Source: Geosiphon pyriformis uo1
Lineage: Eukaryota; Fungi; Glomeromycota
DNA: 64,000 bases
NCBI GenBank assembly: GCA_016748015.1
Contig: JAAOMT010000727.1
Location: 344,203-408,202 of the forward strand
Reading direction: 5' to 3'
Under the pieces are notes generated by a model. The model saw only the letters and a list, made by a program, of their open reading frames with translations. It ran no database searches and was not told the DNA's origin. Positions 39,001 through 53,316 of the stretch are shown here, one piece after another. A program made the translations under genes and the position numbers. Position 1 is the first letter of the stretch; the number at the start of each line of letters is the position of its first letter.

Positions 39001-41831
39001 TTTTTATTTGTTAAATTTTAAGTTTTATTATATATTTATATATAAATTACTTAAATAGTGTTTAATAAAAAAATTTAAAAACTCAAAAAAAATAATAAAT
39101 TAATTTATATTAAATAATTTTTCAATATTTATATTATAATTTTTTGTATATTTAAATATTGTAATTACAGATTTTTTTAGTTTTTAAACTCTTTTTTTAT
39201 AAGCTTATTTTTCCTTTTTTAAAAAATATTTGAATTATAATTTTAGTAAATATGATATTAAATATGAAATTAATTAAAAATAATATAACAAAAACAATTA
39301 CAAAACTATTATCTTAAATAAATAAAACTATTTATGTTAAAATTCAAATAATAATTATATTCAAAAAAATAAATATTTTAAAAATTTTTATTGTAACAAT
39401 AAAAATAGCAATTTAATTAAAATTAATATTTATTTTTTCTAAAAATTTGCTAAAAAAACTATTCATAAAGAATAATATAAAAATTTAATAAAAATTAAAT
39501 ATTTATATTTATTTATATTTATTTAAAGTGTAAAAATTCAGATAAAAAATTTGTTTGTAAATAATACCAATAAAAAAATTATTTAAGATTGTAATATTTT
39601 CTGAACTAATAATTTTAATTTTATATAATTTTTATGATTATTAATTTTAATATATTTTTTTTAATTAGAATATTTAATTTAATATTTTTAAAAATTTATT
39701 TTTATTTTTATTTTAATAAAAATTTAAAATCTTTTTAATAATGACATAAATATTTAATTAATGTAACTTAAAATCAATAATAATTAATATATATTTTAAT
39801 TATATAGCTATTTTTAAAAAAATTTTATAGAAAATAAACAAATATCTTTTATAGAAATAAAAAACTAAAATTATATTTATCTATTTTAAATTGCTAAATA
39901 TTTGCTTAATAATCTCAATATATTGTGTATTACAAATTTATTATTAAAAATAATTAAATTATCTAATATAATTAATTAAGTTTTTAAAAACATCTATTTT
40001 AATAGTTTTATTATTTGTTTTTACATAATAATATTGTAATTTTAATTATATATCTTGTCTTAAAATTGATTTAATTTTATTGTTTTAATGAATAAAAATA
40101 TTATTATTAAATAATATATTATAAAATAAATTAAAATAAAATTGAATAAATTTAATGTAAAATATTTTCTAGTTAATATTTTTAAAATCAAAAAATTAAC
40201 AAAAATCTATTTAAAAAATACTAAATATTTTTAATAATTTACTATAAATATGTCTATTAAATTATGTACTTTCGAATTAGAATAGATTTAAAAAATCTAT
40301 TTTTATAGTATTCTTTACAACTTTAACTTTATTACTAATAAAACAAATTACAAGTATATATAATTAGGAAAATTAAAAGATTAAAATAATCTTATTGATT
40401 TTTTTTGTTACTAATTGGCCAATTATTATAGATGATTATATATGCAGCTTATAAATATATGCTTATATTTTTGTTTTCTGTAATAAAAACATATTAGCAA
40501 AATTTTATTTCACTTTAAAGTAAAACAACTTTTCCAAATTTCGAATAGAACATAAAAACATTAAAATACATATCATTTCAGAATATTTCAATATTTTTAA
40601 TTAGAACCAAAAAGTCGAAACAATAAAGATTTATAAATATGTAAAAGTTTTAAAAAAATCAAAAATAAATAAAATAAAACTTTTACTATCTGTTTGCTGT
40701 TAATTTACTTAATTTTTTTTGCATAAATCAAATATATACTTGTAAAGTTTTATTTAATACATTTTACATAAAACTCTAATAAATATTAAACAGACAAATA
40801 ATCTTTTAAAAATCCAAAATAATATTTTATCAATGCTCATAGAAACCATAGTAAAAAAAAATACAATATTTAAGCTAACAAAAAGTTTTTAGTATGTTAC
40901 AATAGGCCAAAAAAATAACAAATCAATATTTTTATAATATCTAGCATAATAAAATTTGGCTATTTATACAAAAAATAATAAAAAATAAATAAATTAATTA
41001 TATAACAAAAATAAAATAAATATTGTAAAAATTTGAATAAAGTCTTAATTAATATTAAAAACATTTACAAACTTAGCTATATATATATATATTATTAAAT
41101 AACTTGATAAATAATTATAGTAGATCTTTAAAATTATACTAATTTATATTATATATAACTTTATCCCAATTAAGCATTAATCTTCTTAATATAATAAATA
41201 TCTAAGCTAATTAAAAGTTTTTTAAAACATATTATAAAAATCTAAAATAATATTTAATTAATGCTTATAGAACTATAGTAAACATTAAACTAATTATTAA
41301 TCTTTTAAATATGCTATAATAAGCTAAAAAAGATGATAAACATTCTTATAATATTTTTTCTAAATTGACCAACTTATATTATGTACAATTTTATTTCAAA
41401 AATGTATTAATTATTTTTATAAAAAATAAAATAAACAACTAATTTTTAAGTTTATTTGTCTTTTGTATATTTTATTATTAAGATATATATTGTTGATTGT
41501 TGTTTTTAGTTTTTTTATATATAATTTAAGAATTTGATCTTGTTATCAAAGAATTACCTATTTTTTATATACTATTTTTCAAAAAAAGTTCAGAGATTAT
41601 AGATTATATTTAAGTAGATATGTATTATAAAATAAAACAAAGTATATTAGTAAGTATTTATATGTATTTATAAGTATTTATAAAAAAAATTTCAACTTTT
41701 TTTATTTAACACATTTAATGAGTGTAGCCCAATTGCTATCTAGTACATAAAACCAAACTAAGAGGCTCAAACTAAACGTGACTCACACACTTTTTATATG
41801 TGGCTAGCCACTCAGGCCAGACAAGGCAACA

Positions 41832-44800
41832 CTACACATCTATAATTACCCGCACACTGCCACCCAGACCAGAAAAGAAACAATAAGGCTTCCGACAACC
41901 AAAGCTAACAGCAAAGGAATTGGCCACACCAAGCAATCTCACAACACCATCAGACAAAACCAAAGACACACCACAAAAGAGCCCAGAAACAACACCAACA
42001 TCACAGACCAGACCAGCCTTCTCCATCACCACCCGGTGGCTGGTCCTAGCCAACCATACTTTAGCACAATGTAACCCAACAACAAACCTGACAAAATTAA
42101 CAATCCGAGCAGCGGCCACCTTTCTATCCTCAAAAACACTGCAAGCTTCCTCATACCACTCCTCCAGCACAAACCCTTTGCACACCAAAGTGTACAGCCC
42201 AACATCAATGGAACATCGAGACAAAACTCACAACACGGCAGAAGCAGGGGAACCACCAGCCAAAGCTGACCAACGGGCAGAAGCCTTTGCCAAAATCTCA
42301 CCATGAATGCCAGATTCATAAACACAAGTAAAAGCATGGTCAGAGAACTCCACCTCGCCGCAAAACAAACACAGTATACTAGGGTAGCACTTATCATACA
42401 ACCTCTTCCTTACCGCCACTGGCAACCTCCTGTGTACAGCCTTCATAACATAAGTGCGAAGCATTGAGAATGCATGGCTAGTAAACCCAGCAAGCATATG
42501 AGAATCAGGATGCCACACCTCTGCCATGACAACCCAGTTTATGCAACCAATCATCACATCCAAAACCACGTCACAACCAGGCCCAGCTTCCCAACGAGCA
42601 CAACAAATTGATCAAAAAATATTCCTGACAAAATGACGGGCGTTACCAGAAACAGCGACACCCTCAACAACCAAAAAATGTTCATGCATATTGGCACAAA
42701 AGGAAAAGGGAGACCCAGAGGCAGCCCCAGCAGCCAAGTCAGCTTTTACATTACCAGGAATCCCAGAGTGTCCTTTCACCTTAACCCAACTCACACTAAG
42801 ATCCTTATCCCTAACCAAATTGAAAATATGACGCTTTTCCAGCCAGCATTGATTACAGAAATCAGGGGCAACCAAGGACATTTCAGATACACATGCATCA
42901 ATGGCAGTCTGGCTGTCAAGATGTAACACCACAGTACTAGAAGAAGGAACACACTCCAAAGCCAAAGCGACAGCCTGTAACTTGGCCAAAGTAGATGACA
43001 AAAAGCCACAAACAACAACACTAATGCTTTTATCCAAGACCGAAAAGTATGCAGCAGCACCACAGGCAACCTCAGCAGAGCCTGCATTTCTCAAAGACCC
43101 ATCTGTAAAAACTTCAAAAAAGCCCAACCAAACGTCATGCACCCCATTTTTCACCACAGAAAATTCCTCAGACCCCAAAATGTCCAAACCAAGCTTTTTC
43201 GCACAGCCAATAGAACCAGAAAATGAGTAACTCTAACCCTTCAAAAACTCAGAAGAAACCATGAACCAGTGAGGCACAGGGCCACGCGGATCCAACCTTT
43301 TCCAATGACAAAAAGTTTTCCAATCCAACAAAACGCCCTTCTTATCAAAAAGCCGATCACCGAAAGTGACACCAAAACATTTAAGAGATTTGATCGAATC
43401 AAAATACAGAGACTTTCCAAGAACAGAGGACAACGGAAACCGACCAGAACTATGAAATGCAGTAGGGAGGTTGTTCACCAAAGCAAGCTCATTGTCCAGA
43501 AAAATCTTCACCATCCCAGCCAAAAAATTGTTCACCGGACTAACATGCAACCTGACCGGAAACTGCAAAGGATCCAAAAGAGCCCAACCAAGAACCTGAA
43601 GGTCCAAAAACCTATGTCTAAACAAATGCCCAAGAATACCATAGGCATTAGAGAACGCCATCAAAGCAGCAACTTTTCCTTCTGACTGTACCTGCTCAAA
43701 AGGCTTTAGGCCATACAATAAGGGATGATGCAAAGCAGTGTCTGGAAAATCACGGGGGAGACAAGCCTTGGACCTAAGACCCTTTCTAACCAAGACATCT
43801 CACTTGCGACAAACATTAGATGAGACAAAACTGAACTAAATACGATAGGCAACAATAGGCTGCAAAACAGCTGACACCAGATAGGAGAACTGTTTGTCTG
43901 TAATAGCCTTCCTAAGCACAACATTGATGAAGAAACGTATATCCACATGAGCCTTGGTGACACTCGGCTTGGAGAGCCCTTCAGTTGACAGAAAAATACC
44001 CAGATACTGATGTGCTTCCCCTTTCTTAGCAATAGAAATTGGCTGACCACAAATGTTTAGTGAAGCAACTTTAATGCCCTGATTGATGGGAATAGCTACC
44101 ATCTTTTCATTATTGATAGAAATATTATTGATCACAAAAAATTCACTGGCAATGTTCAGAGCATATTGAGTAGAAGCTTGACAATTTCCAACCCAGATTG
44201 TATCATCAACAAATGCACCAGCCGAAAAATATGATGTCAAACCACCACCGCTCTCAATTCTGCCAGATTTTGAAACAAACTTAGTATCAATTCAATACCC
44301 ACACAATTGTTCGTGCCTCTTAACCTTACACAAAAGTGGATCGTAAAAAATTCTCCAAAGAAGCAGCAAAAAGATCTCACCCTGATCCAGCCCATTATGT
44401 ACCTTATAACTACCAGACAAACCAAAGTCAGTCATCATCCTATTAACTCTATCCTCATGAATACCACCAAAAAACCTTATGAACTTCTCACACATCTTGA
44501 CACGCTGCAAACTAGCTCTTAAATGGTGCCACCCAACTGAATCGTAAGCTTTCAGCATATCTTGCAAGACCAACCATAACTCCCTATCCTTCTCAATAGC
44601 ATCCTCAATCACTGATCCGACAGCAAACACCGGAGATTGGGTAGACGTACCCTTCAGCACCGAAAAGTTGTTACCCTGAAAAACATTGAACTTGCTACAA
44701 GCCATTGAAATACGATCAGACAGAATCTTGGAAAGAATCTTCCTGGCTGTCTCAATCAAAGCAATGGGCCGAGTGTTCGTAAGAACTCCATTCCAGTCAT

Positions 44801-46517
44801 AAGGTTTAGAAATCATTGACACCCAAGCCCTTTTCTATAAAACAAGCACCACACCAACAGTCAAACATTTATTAAACAGTGCCAACAGGCACTCCAAAAC
44901 CATCTCACCACCATGTTTTCATAACTCATTAGGAACACCAGACAAACCAGCAGCCTTGCCATCAGGAAGACCACCAACAACAGAGAGTAATTCGCCCATA
45001 CTGATAGCACTCATAACACCTGAAAAAGCATCATCCCGAACATGGTCCAAAGGCGCGTACTGACGAGCCCAAAGACCAGGAAGCATTGACTGCACGGAGC
45101 ATTTCCTCATCCACCCCTCCATTATTCTATCCACACTAGACTTTATCTTTTCAGACAACAAAACCAGATCATCATCAACTATCAAGTAATCCAGCATGAC
45201 CTTGCGAAAAGGCTTTTTCAACACACTCCTGATTATACTACCCTTATCCGAACAGAAATTATCCATGCGCTTCTCAATTGCCTTCTTAACTGAAGCTTCC
45301 TCAGCCAATCTTGATTCAAACATCTTCGACCTCCTGTAATCCCTGCAAACCAATGACAAATGCCTAACAACAACATCAGATTTAACACCCGAGCCCACCA
45401 AGTTCTTGAAAACACGAGCCTTCGCGTCATCCAGAGTTGACCATTTACTCACAAGACAATCAGCACCCAGCAAGTCACCAGAGCAAAATTTCTTGACAAT
45501 CTTGGCCACCAACAATTCCAGACCAAAAAACCTAAAAGAATGTTTGTTCCTCGAACACTTGAATTCACTAAACCAATGCCTTGAAAATGTCACATCAGCA
45601 GAATCCACCACAGCTCCCACCAAAACTGCCCACATAGTATCCACATCACCACGTATTTTGGCACCAGAGAACACCTTACCCAAAGACAAAAGTTTAGCTG
45701 ACGAGAGATCCTTAAACTTAGCCCATCCAACACAGTCAGCATTCTTGATTTTGAACTTCCAACAATTTTTATTCACCTGCTTGCGCAAACTATTCAATTG
45801 TACATCCAGAAGTCCACCCAAACCGACTGAAACCACAACTGTCTTGTAATCGGTGTTAAAAAAATCTGAAGCAAAGACAACTTGATGACCAGCAACAGCA
45901 GAAGACAAATTACTACCAACAAAAATGTAATCAATTGTTTTCCCAACCCCTCTCAAATTGCTCCACATATAAGAATTAGCCAAATGATAACCAACAAATG
46001 AATTGACCAAACCCAAACTCAAACAAAACTTGAAACTAGTACTTCTACCAGATCCATTCTCATTAAAGTCCCCACCCAAGATAACAAAATTGCTGGAGTT
46101 GACTGCCTTTGCAATGAGAGAGTTAACTTCAGAAGCCTAACCAAATCTAGCCCCAGAGGAGGCACCAGCATACAACCCCAAAACAGTAACCAAGAGCTTG
46201 CCCTTAAACAGAAGCTGAACAGAAATAACCCGACCAGGAATCTCCTCCACCTTAGATACATAATGGGCCAAAGAAATGTTCATAACAATCGCAACCCCAA
46301 CACTCATAAAATCCTTATCCAAGCCAAAAGAAAATATTTGCACTTCATCAAATTTGTCCTTTATCCACGGCCCAGAAGAGAACCTCAACTTAGTCTTAGT
46401 GATAAAAAAAACCATATTCCCCAAGTTCACATGCCAACGAACAACATCTGTTTGCTTCGCAGGAATATTGATACCCTGAACATTGCACATAGCAAACTTC
46501 CAAACCAAACTACTTAT
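41832..46517 (-). pseudogene. LINE ORF2: APE endonuclease, RT, RNase H, zinc finger
   Basis: CNVQG, GGDFN, IDYIF, TDY (APE); RPIALIE, DMLKAYDSV, DQG, FVDD (RT); TDGS..KLQA..LDSQ..VKGHSG..GN..AD (RNase H); CLFCGEVEFSDHAFTC; several stops. Confidence 0.93.
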
Positions 46518-48469
46518 TGAGATGGAAGAAAAGCCAACGAACCCGATCCAGAATGCAGATGATCTAATCTATCCAAAACTGAGCGAACTGAAGCCTCAAG
46601 AGCCACTATATTCAACTCCAAACTGCCAATCTTGGCAGTCAAAACCTTAGAACTGCTTAGACTGAGATCAACAATCGACTCACCAACATTGGGAGGAGAA
46701 GAGACAGACGATAACAATGTACTATCTAAAGCCAAACCTGAGTCCATATCTGAAACAACAGCAGTTGAAGACACCAAAGGAAGAGCTGAGAGAGAGGGCG
46801 CCAATGACACCAAGTCAACGAAACTTAATTTCTTTAAAATAAACGAGACTTGGTCCGAGAGAATTTCCATGAAGTGTTTCAGCACAGCTAGGCGACTACC
46901 TAGATCAGCAGCACCAGATGAGAAGAGATCCATTGAGAAAGCCTTCGAACCAGAGATCAAACCAACACCAGGAGCACCTGAAGAGATAACATGAGAGGAA
47001 GAGCTGCCTGCCACTTGGGCCCATGTCTTTCCACCAAAAGAAACTGGGTGGACAATTGATGCCTGCTTCTTTCTATAAATATTGGCCAACCATACTCTAT
47101 CCTGAGAAGTCGCCGCACGTTTCCCATGACCACCAAACCCCCCACCCACAGAGCAATCAACAGCAGTATGACCAAACAATTTGCAATGAGTGCAACTGGC
47201 CAAAGAAAGACCAGCCCAGCGCAAGCCCACACCTTTAAAAACCGAAACCGAACCAATAGCAGCCAACTTGGATGTCTCACTTTCAAAACAAATTACAGCA
47301 CACCGATCACGAACATATGAAGATGGATTACGGCCAATAAAACAAGTCTTTCTACCATAGACTTCCACCAAAGCAGACAAATCATGGGCAGTGGTGCCAA
47401 CTGGAAGAGTGTAAAGCAACGCCCGATGCTGATCCCTAGATATCCACGTTTGTTTATCAACACTTGCCTTTGCCACGTGAACAGAATCTTTTCCCATGAG
47501 CACAGACCATTTAGCCGCAACCAAATTAGCTATCTCAGATGATTCATATTCCACTAGGGTCTTTTGCCAAAGACCAATAAGCTGCACTTTGATTGAAGTA
47601 ATCTTGTCAAACTTGGAGAACACTGCCTCAATTGCCAATTTGGGAAGATCCACTGGAATTTTCTTGACAATCACTTCCCAATCTGAACGGCTGTTTACTT
47701 TCTTTAGATTATCATTTACCAAAATTTTTTTACTGATTGCCATAACTCTTGCCTTAATCAAACTTTGTTCAGATGTAAATAATGACCTAATTATTCCAGG
47801 AAATTTTGAGGGAGTCGAAGTCCCCCCAAAACCATCAACTTGATAAAAAATTTTTTTCACACAAATCAACTTATCACTAACAGTTTTCCCAGGAACAGCA
47901 GAAAGTTCAATATCCAATGCAAACGATTTTGACAAATTAAAACTCCGTTTCTCTAGTGCACGTGACCCAACTGGAGGAAGGCAATTGGACCCACAAAATT
48001 TAGAACTCGGAAGAGGCAAAGTGTCTTCACCATCACTTAGAACGTTGAAAGAAAGAGGTGGCGGCTTACTGTTCAGAACATAGGTGCAGGTACGTGTCTT
48101 CCTTGGCATGGCATCATTCATGTCGTCGTCCAAACCTGAAACATTCGACTCTGCATAGCTAGTTTCCTTAGTGACAACGTTTTCCAAGTTATCTAAGTCC
48201 GAGACGCCACTTACACTGTCCACTTTGCTGTTGATCTCACTAGCCCACGATCATCCAACGTCAGGTCTGTCACCACTTTTATCCATAACATTTGAGACAC
48301 CAGCAGACGACTCCACCAAACTGTCAACCACCACAGATTTCTTCGGCTTCTTATAGGACACACCATGAGATTAAGGACCAACCGAACACTTATTTTTGAC
48401 ACCAGACTGGGTCCCCAACCCAGCCGAAATGGACCCAGAATCACCAGCAGCAAAGTCCACCAGTTCCAT
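46514..48469 (-). pseudogene. LINE ORF1 (nucleic-acid binding)
   Basis: ATG at 48469; RRM-like segments; CTHCKLFGHTAVDC knuckle; C-terminal coiled coil. Confidence 0.85.
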
Positions 48470-50899
48470 AGCTACAAAAAGGGAAATGTCTGAAGAAATA
48501 ACTGGAAAAAGTTGAAGGGGAAAGAGAAAAGGAAGGCTATTTCAACAATGACTTAAAGCTCTCGTTGTAACTGGGGGATCAACGAAAGAAAGAGTTTTTT
48601 TGTTTCTTATAACAATATTTTCAACTTAATATTATTAAATTAACTTATTAATTAAAATTATATATTTATTTATCAGTTAATTTTAATTTAAATATTTGAG
48701 TACTGTATTATTTAAATTAAAATATTATTTGATTTATAGAAAAAAAAAATAATATGAAAAGCCACAATAATTAATAGTTTCCTAAATATACTGTAATAAA
48801 CCAAAAAAGATAATAAACTAACATTTTTATAATATTCAAAATTGTACCAACTTATATTATACAATTTTATTTTAATTAAGCATTTAATTTTTTTAATAAG
48901 TTTTACTTAAAACTATGATAAACACCTAAATTAACTAATAGTCTCTTAAAATATGTTATAGAAAGTTTAAAATAATATTTTATTAATATTTATAAGACTA
49001 CAGTAAATACTAAACTAATTAATAGTCTTTTAAATATATTATAATAGACCAAAAAATATAATAAATTAATATAAATTTATATAGTTAATTAAATATAACT
49101 TTTTTAATAAATTTTACTTAAAACTATAGCAAATACTTAAATTAATTAATAGTTTTTAAAAGTGCTATAAGAGATGTAAAATAACATTTTATTAATACTT
49201 ATAAGGCTAAATAAATATTGGGCTAATTAATAGTCTTTTAAATATACTATAATAGATCAAAAAAATAAATAACAAACATTCTTATAATGTTTTTTCAAAA
49301 TTGTATTAATTTTTTAATAAGTTTTATTTAAGATTATAATAAACATTTAAGTTAATTAATAGTCTTTAAAAGTATTATAAGAGATTTAAAGTAATATTTA
49401 ATCAATGTTTATAAGACTATTGTAAATATTGAGTTAATTAATAGTTTTTTAGATGTATTATAACAGGCCAAAAATAATAATAAACAAACTTTTTCTTTAA
49501 AATTGTACCAACTTATATTGTGTACAATTTTATCTTAAAAAAATATTAATTATTTTTATAAAAGATAAAATAAACAATTTATTTTTAAATTAATTTGTTT
49601 TTTTGTGTATTTTATTGTTAAAATACATATTATTAATTGTTGTTTTTAGTTTTTTTTACATGTAATTTAAAATTTTGGCCTTATTATCAGAAAATTGACT
49701 ATTTTTTATGTATTATTTTCTAAAAAAGTTTAATATTATAGATTATATTTAAGTAAGTATGTTCTATAAAAATGTAGTAAAAATAAAACAAAGTGTGTTT
49801 ATATATATTTATAAGTATTTATAAAAAAAGATTTTTAACTTAATATTACTAAGTTAATTTATTAATTAAAATTATGTGTTTATTTATTAACTAATTTTAG
49901 TTTAAATATTTAAATACTGATAAAATTAATAGTCAATTAGTTTATAATAATAATATTATACTGTCTTATTATAAATTATTTCGAATTTTATTTATTGGTT
50001 TAATGCTTTTATTGTCTTATAAAACAATATTTTTTGAATTATTATATTAAAAAACAATATATTTTCAAAATAAAAATTTTAAAATTAAATAAAATAAGAT
50101 AATTAAAGAATAAATGCTGTTTTTAGTGATTTTTATTTAAATAATTAATTAATTCAAACTAAATTATGTTAATTTTATAATAAAAAATTTATTTAAAAAA
50201 CATTTTATGTATAAATACAACCAAAATATTATTGTTATAATTATATTACTTATTTATTTAACTGTTTTATTTGTATTAAACTTAATACAATAAAATTAAT
50301 ATTCTTAAAAAACTAATAATTAATTATATATATTAATATTTAAAATAATATTAAATAAATTTATATTATTATTTTCAAGTTTGTTTTTAATTTTAAACTT
50401 AGTATTATTATAATTTATTTTACTTAAAGTTCTATTAAAAACAAATATGTTATTTTAAATAGTTTTAATTATATTTTTTAATTATATTTTTTAATTTATA
50501 ATATAAAACAAAAAAAGTATTAAGCAATTTGGTTAATAAATAACCAAAATATTAATAAATTTATAATAAATTTTATTAATAAAACCAATATAATTAAACA
50601 AAAACCAATTACAAAATTAATAACAACAGAAAAACCAATTAAAAAACAATAATAAAAGAAATTAATAAAACAAAAACTAATATAAAATTTAGTATTAACA
50701 AATAAAATCCAGAATTTTTGAAAAAAATTACAAATTTAAATAAAAATTTATTAAAAAAAGATTAAAATATCTTATAATTTACAGTCAAATAAGTTATATT
50801 TTAATATTTCAAAGTTTTTTACCAAATATAATATTTTTTTAATATATTAATTTAGTAGTAATAATATTCAAATTTATTTTAAAACTAAAAATATAATAT

Positions 50900-51712
50900 T
50901 ATATTATAATTGTTAAATAAATTTAAAATTTTTGGTATTCTTAAAATTTTTATTGGTATTCTTAAAATTTTTAAAATTACATGTTTTAATAATCTTTTAT
51001 TTTATTATTGGCTATTTTTAAATTATTATTATTTTTCTGTTTTTTATATAAATAATATTATAAAAATCAGAAAATTTTAATTATAGCCTACTTAATAAAA
51101 AAAATAAAAAATGTGTTTTAAAAAGTTCTTTTAAATTTAAACTTAAAATTATTACCAATTATTGAAAATTAATCGCTAATCAATTTTATTTATTATTAAT
51201 TTAGAATAAGTAATTTTAAAGTAGTAATATTTAAAAATTTTTGGGTTTTTTAAGATAATTTTTTTTATTAAATTGATTTATAATAGCTAATTATTAATTT
51301 AAATTAAGATATTTTAAGATAAAATACATTTTTTTAAAGAAAAAAACTTTTTTTTTATACAATTTATTATAGTATTATTATTTGATTTAGCATTTTTTTT
51401 CTAATATTTTAGTAAACTAAAGATATATTTTATTAAACTACAATTTATTTTTGTAAATTATTGATTATTTTAATAAATTGTTGAATATTTCAGTAAATTT
51501 TTAAATATTACATAGTTTAATATATTACATAATTTAATTATTGTAATTTATATTTGTGTTTTTGTATAAATCAAATTATTAATTGAATAATAATTTGAAT
51601 AATTTAATAAGATAATAAATAATAAATTAAAATAGTAATATATATATAGTAATAATAGAAAATATAAAAATAATTTTATGCTAATTGATATTTTAAATTT
51701 TTATTGATAATA
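50900..51712 (-). repeat. Decayed family C LTR
   Basis: 51160-51400 and 51670-51712 match 53420-53650 and 53980-54021; left boundary approximate. Confidence 0.7.
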
Positions 51713-51799
51713 TTATTTATTGGTTTAAAAATTTTTTTTATAAATTAAAATAAAAAAATACTAAAATAAATAAGCAGTTATATTAATTAAATTAATAAT

Positions 51800-52657
51800 A
51801 ATAATATTATTAAGAATATTAAAGTAATTTTTAATTTTAGATTAAATAACTAAAATATTTTTATTACAAATAAAGTTAACAATTTGTTTTTTTTTTAATT
51901 TAATATTAATTATAAAAATTAAACAATTTAATACTTTTTGTTTATTAAATATATTAATTATTAAAATATATCTTAAAACATAAAATATTTTTAAAAATAT
52001 TTATATAAAAACTTAAATAATTGTTCATAAAAATTATGAATTTAAAAAAAATAAAAAAAAATTTGTAAAAACTATAAAAAAACTTTTATTTATAAATATT
52101 TGTTGTAATAATAACAAAAAATACTCAATAGTAACTATATATTATTATTACTTATATATTTTAGAACAATTTAGTTATATAAAATGACAAAAAAAATGAA
52201 ACAATAAATTGTGTTTAATCTGTAAAGAAATTTTTTCTAATAAAAAAATATAGAATAATATTTCAAGAAAAAGAAGAATATATAATAAATTATATTAATA
52301 TATAATCTTAATCTATAATTGAATAAAGAAAAAACACTAATACAAACTGCTTATAATCAAAATTTTACTTGTTTAAACAATTGTTTATATAACAAAAATA
52401 AAATTTGAAGAATGACAATTGTTAAATATAATAATATTATAAAAAAAAATATACATAATTAAAAATATACTTAAAAAAATTATTTTAAGACTCATTTTTT
52501 ATAATACTCAATAATTTAGTAAAATTAACAAGTATTATTAGTTGCTAATATTTATTCAAAAAAAACAAAAACAAAAACATGCTAATTTTAATACTCAATT
52601 ATATAAATATTGTTTTATTTCATGTTAATTTAAATATTATAATAAATATAATACTGT
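51800..52657 (+). mobile_element. Relic of family A pol (Cys-rich domain), cut by a young family C LTR
   Basis: 52095-52315 and 52590-52655 are AT-mutated versions of 61355-61565 and 61860-61920. Confidence 0.65.
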
Positions 52658-53316
52658 TGTTACCAGTAGAATTTTAGCTATTAATTAGCATGAAATTATT
52701 CTTATAATTCCTATCAGTAATTAACATGTTAATATCAATCCAAATTATCACTTATTATTTAATCAATTTATCACATATCACGATTCAATTAATAATCCAA
52801 TTAGTACAACAGAAAGTAAGATGATCAAATTACACAATACCCTGAACTTTGTAACATTCTAAAAATTCGCCGAAATTTACAGAAATTTGCCGAAATTTAT
52901 ATGAAATTCACCGAAATTTATAGAAATTTGCTAAAATTATGAATAGTTCATCCAAATTAATCAATAGTTTAGCGAAATAACTTGTAGTTCATCAAAATAT
53001 ATTTTTAGTTCGCCGAAATTTGAGCAAAGAGAAAAAGTGCAAGTTCATAGACTAGTACTACAACAAGTTGTATAAAAGAAGAGCTTTTCTCTTCAAGAAA
53101 ATATATCTTACTTTAGATTTATCACTTAGAACCATTCTTATACACACAAAAAGAAATAAATATCAAATAATTTGAAAAACCAAATTCTTTAATTATTGCA
53201 CTTGGAAAATCCCCAAAACCCAACTAACGTTTTGAAATTGATTAGCTACCAATTTCAGTAAACTGTTAGTGACTCCAGGCCTGGATAGAAAACGTTTCCC
53301 TTGACAAAATTCTATT
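52658..53316 (+). repeat. Young family C LTR, truncated by an assembly gap
   Basis: Starts TGTTACCAG; GAAATTCGCCGAAATT repeats; TATAAAA at about 53071. Confidence 0.9.

Larger units (their letters stand above)
41699..48618 (-). mobile_element. Full-length non-LTR retrotransposon (LINE) with APE, RT, RNase H and C-terminal zinc finger; young but already inactivated
   Basis: TSD TTTCAACTT (41690-41698 and 48619-48627), short poly(A), two ORFs, much higher GC than its flanks. Confidence 0.93.
40700..49920. repeat. Two adjacent copies of an AT-rich non-coding repeat with about 210-bp internal subunits; the first copy is split by the LINE
   Basis: 41360-41698 plus 48619-48706 equals 49500-49920; subunits recur at about 48896, 49108, 49318 and 40742, 41190. 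Confidence 0.7.

Noticed and set aside
36600-40700. Possible decayed DNA transposon (also 8894-11800 and 27000-28200)
   Set aside because: Too eroded to assign by eye; no intact partner found in the window
41920-48356. Many plus-strand ORFs over the LINE
   Set aside because: Antisense shadows of the GC-rich LINE ORFs, with no motifs
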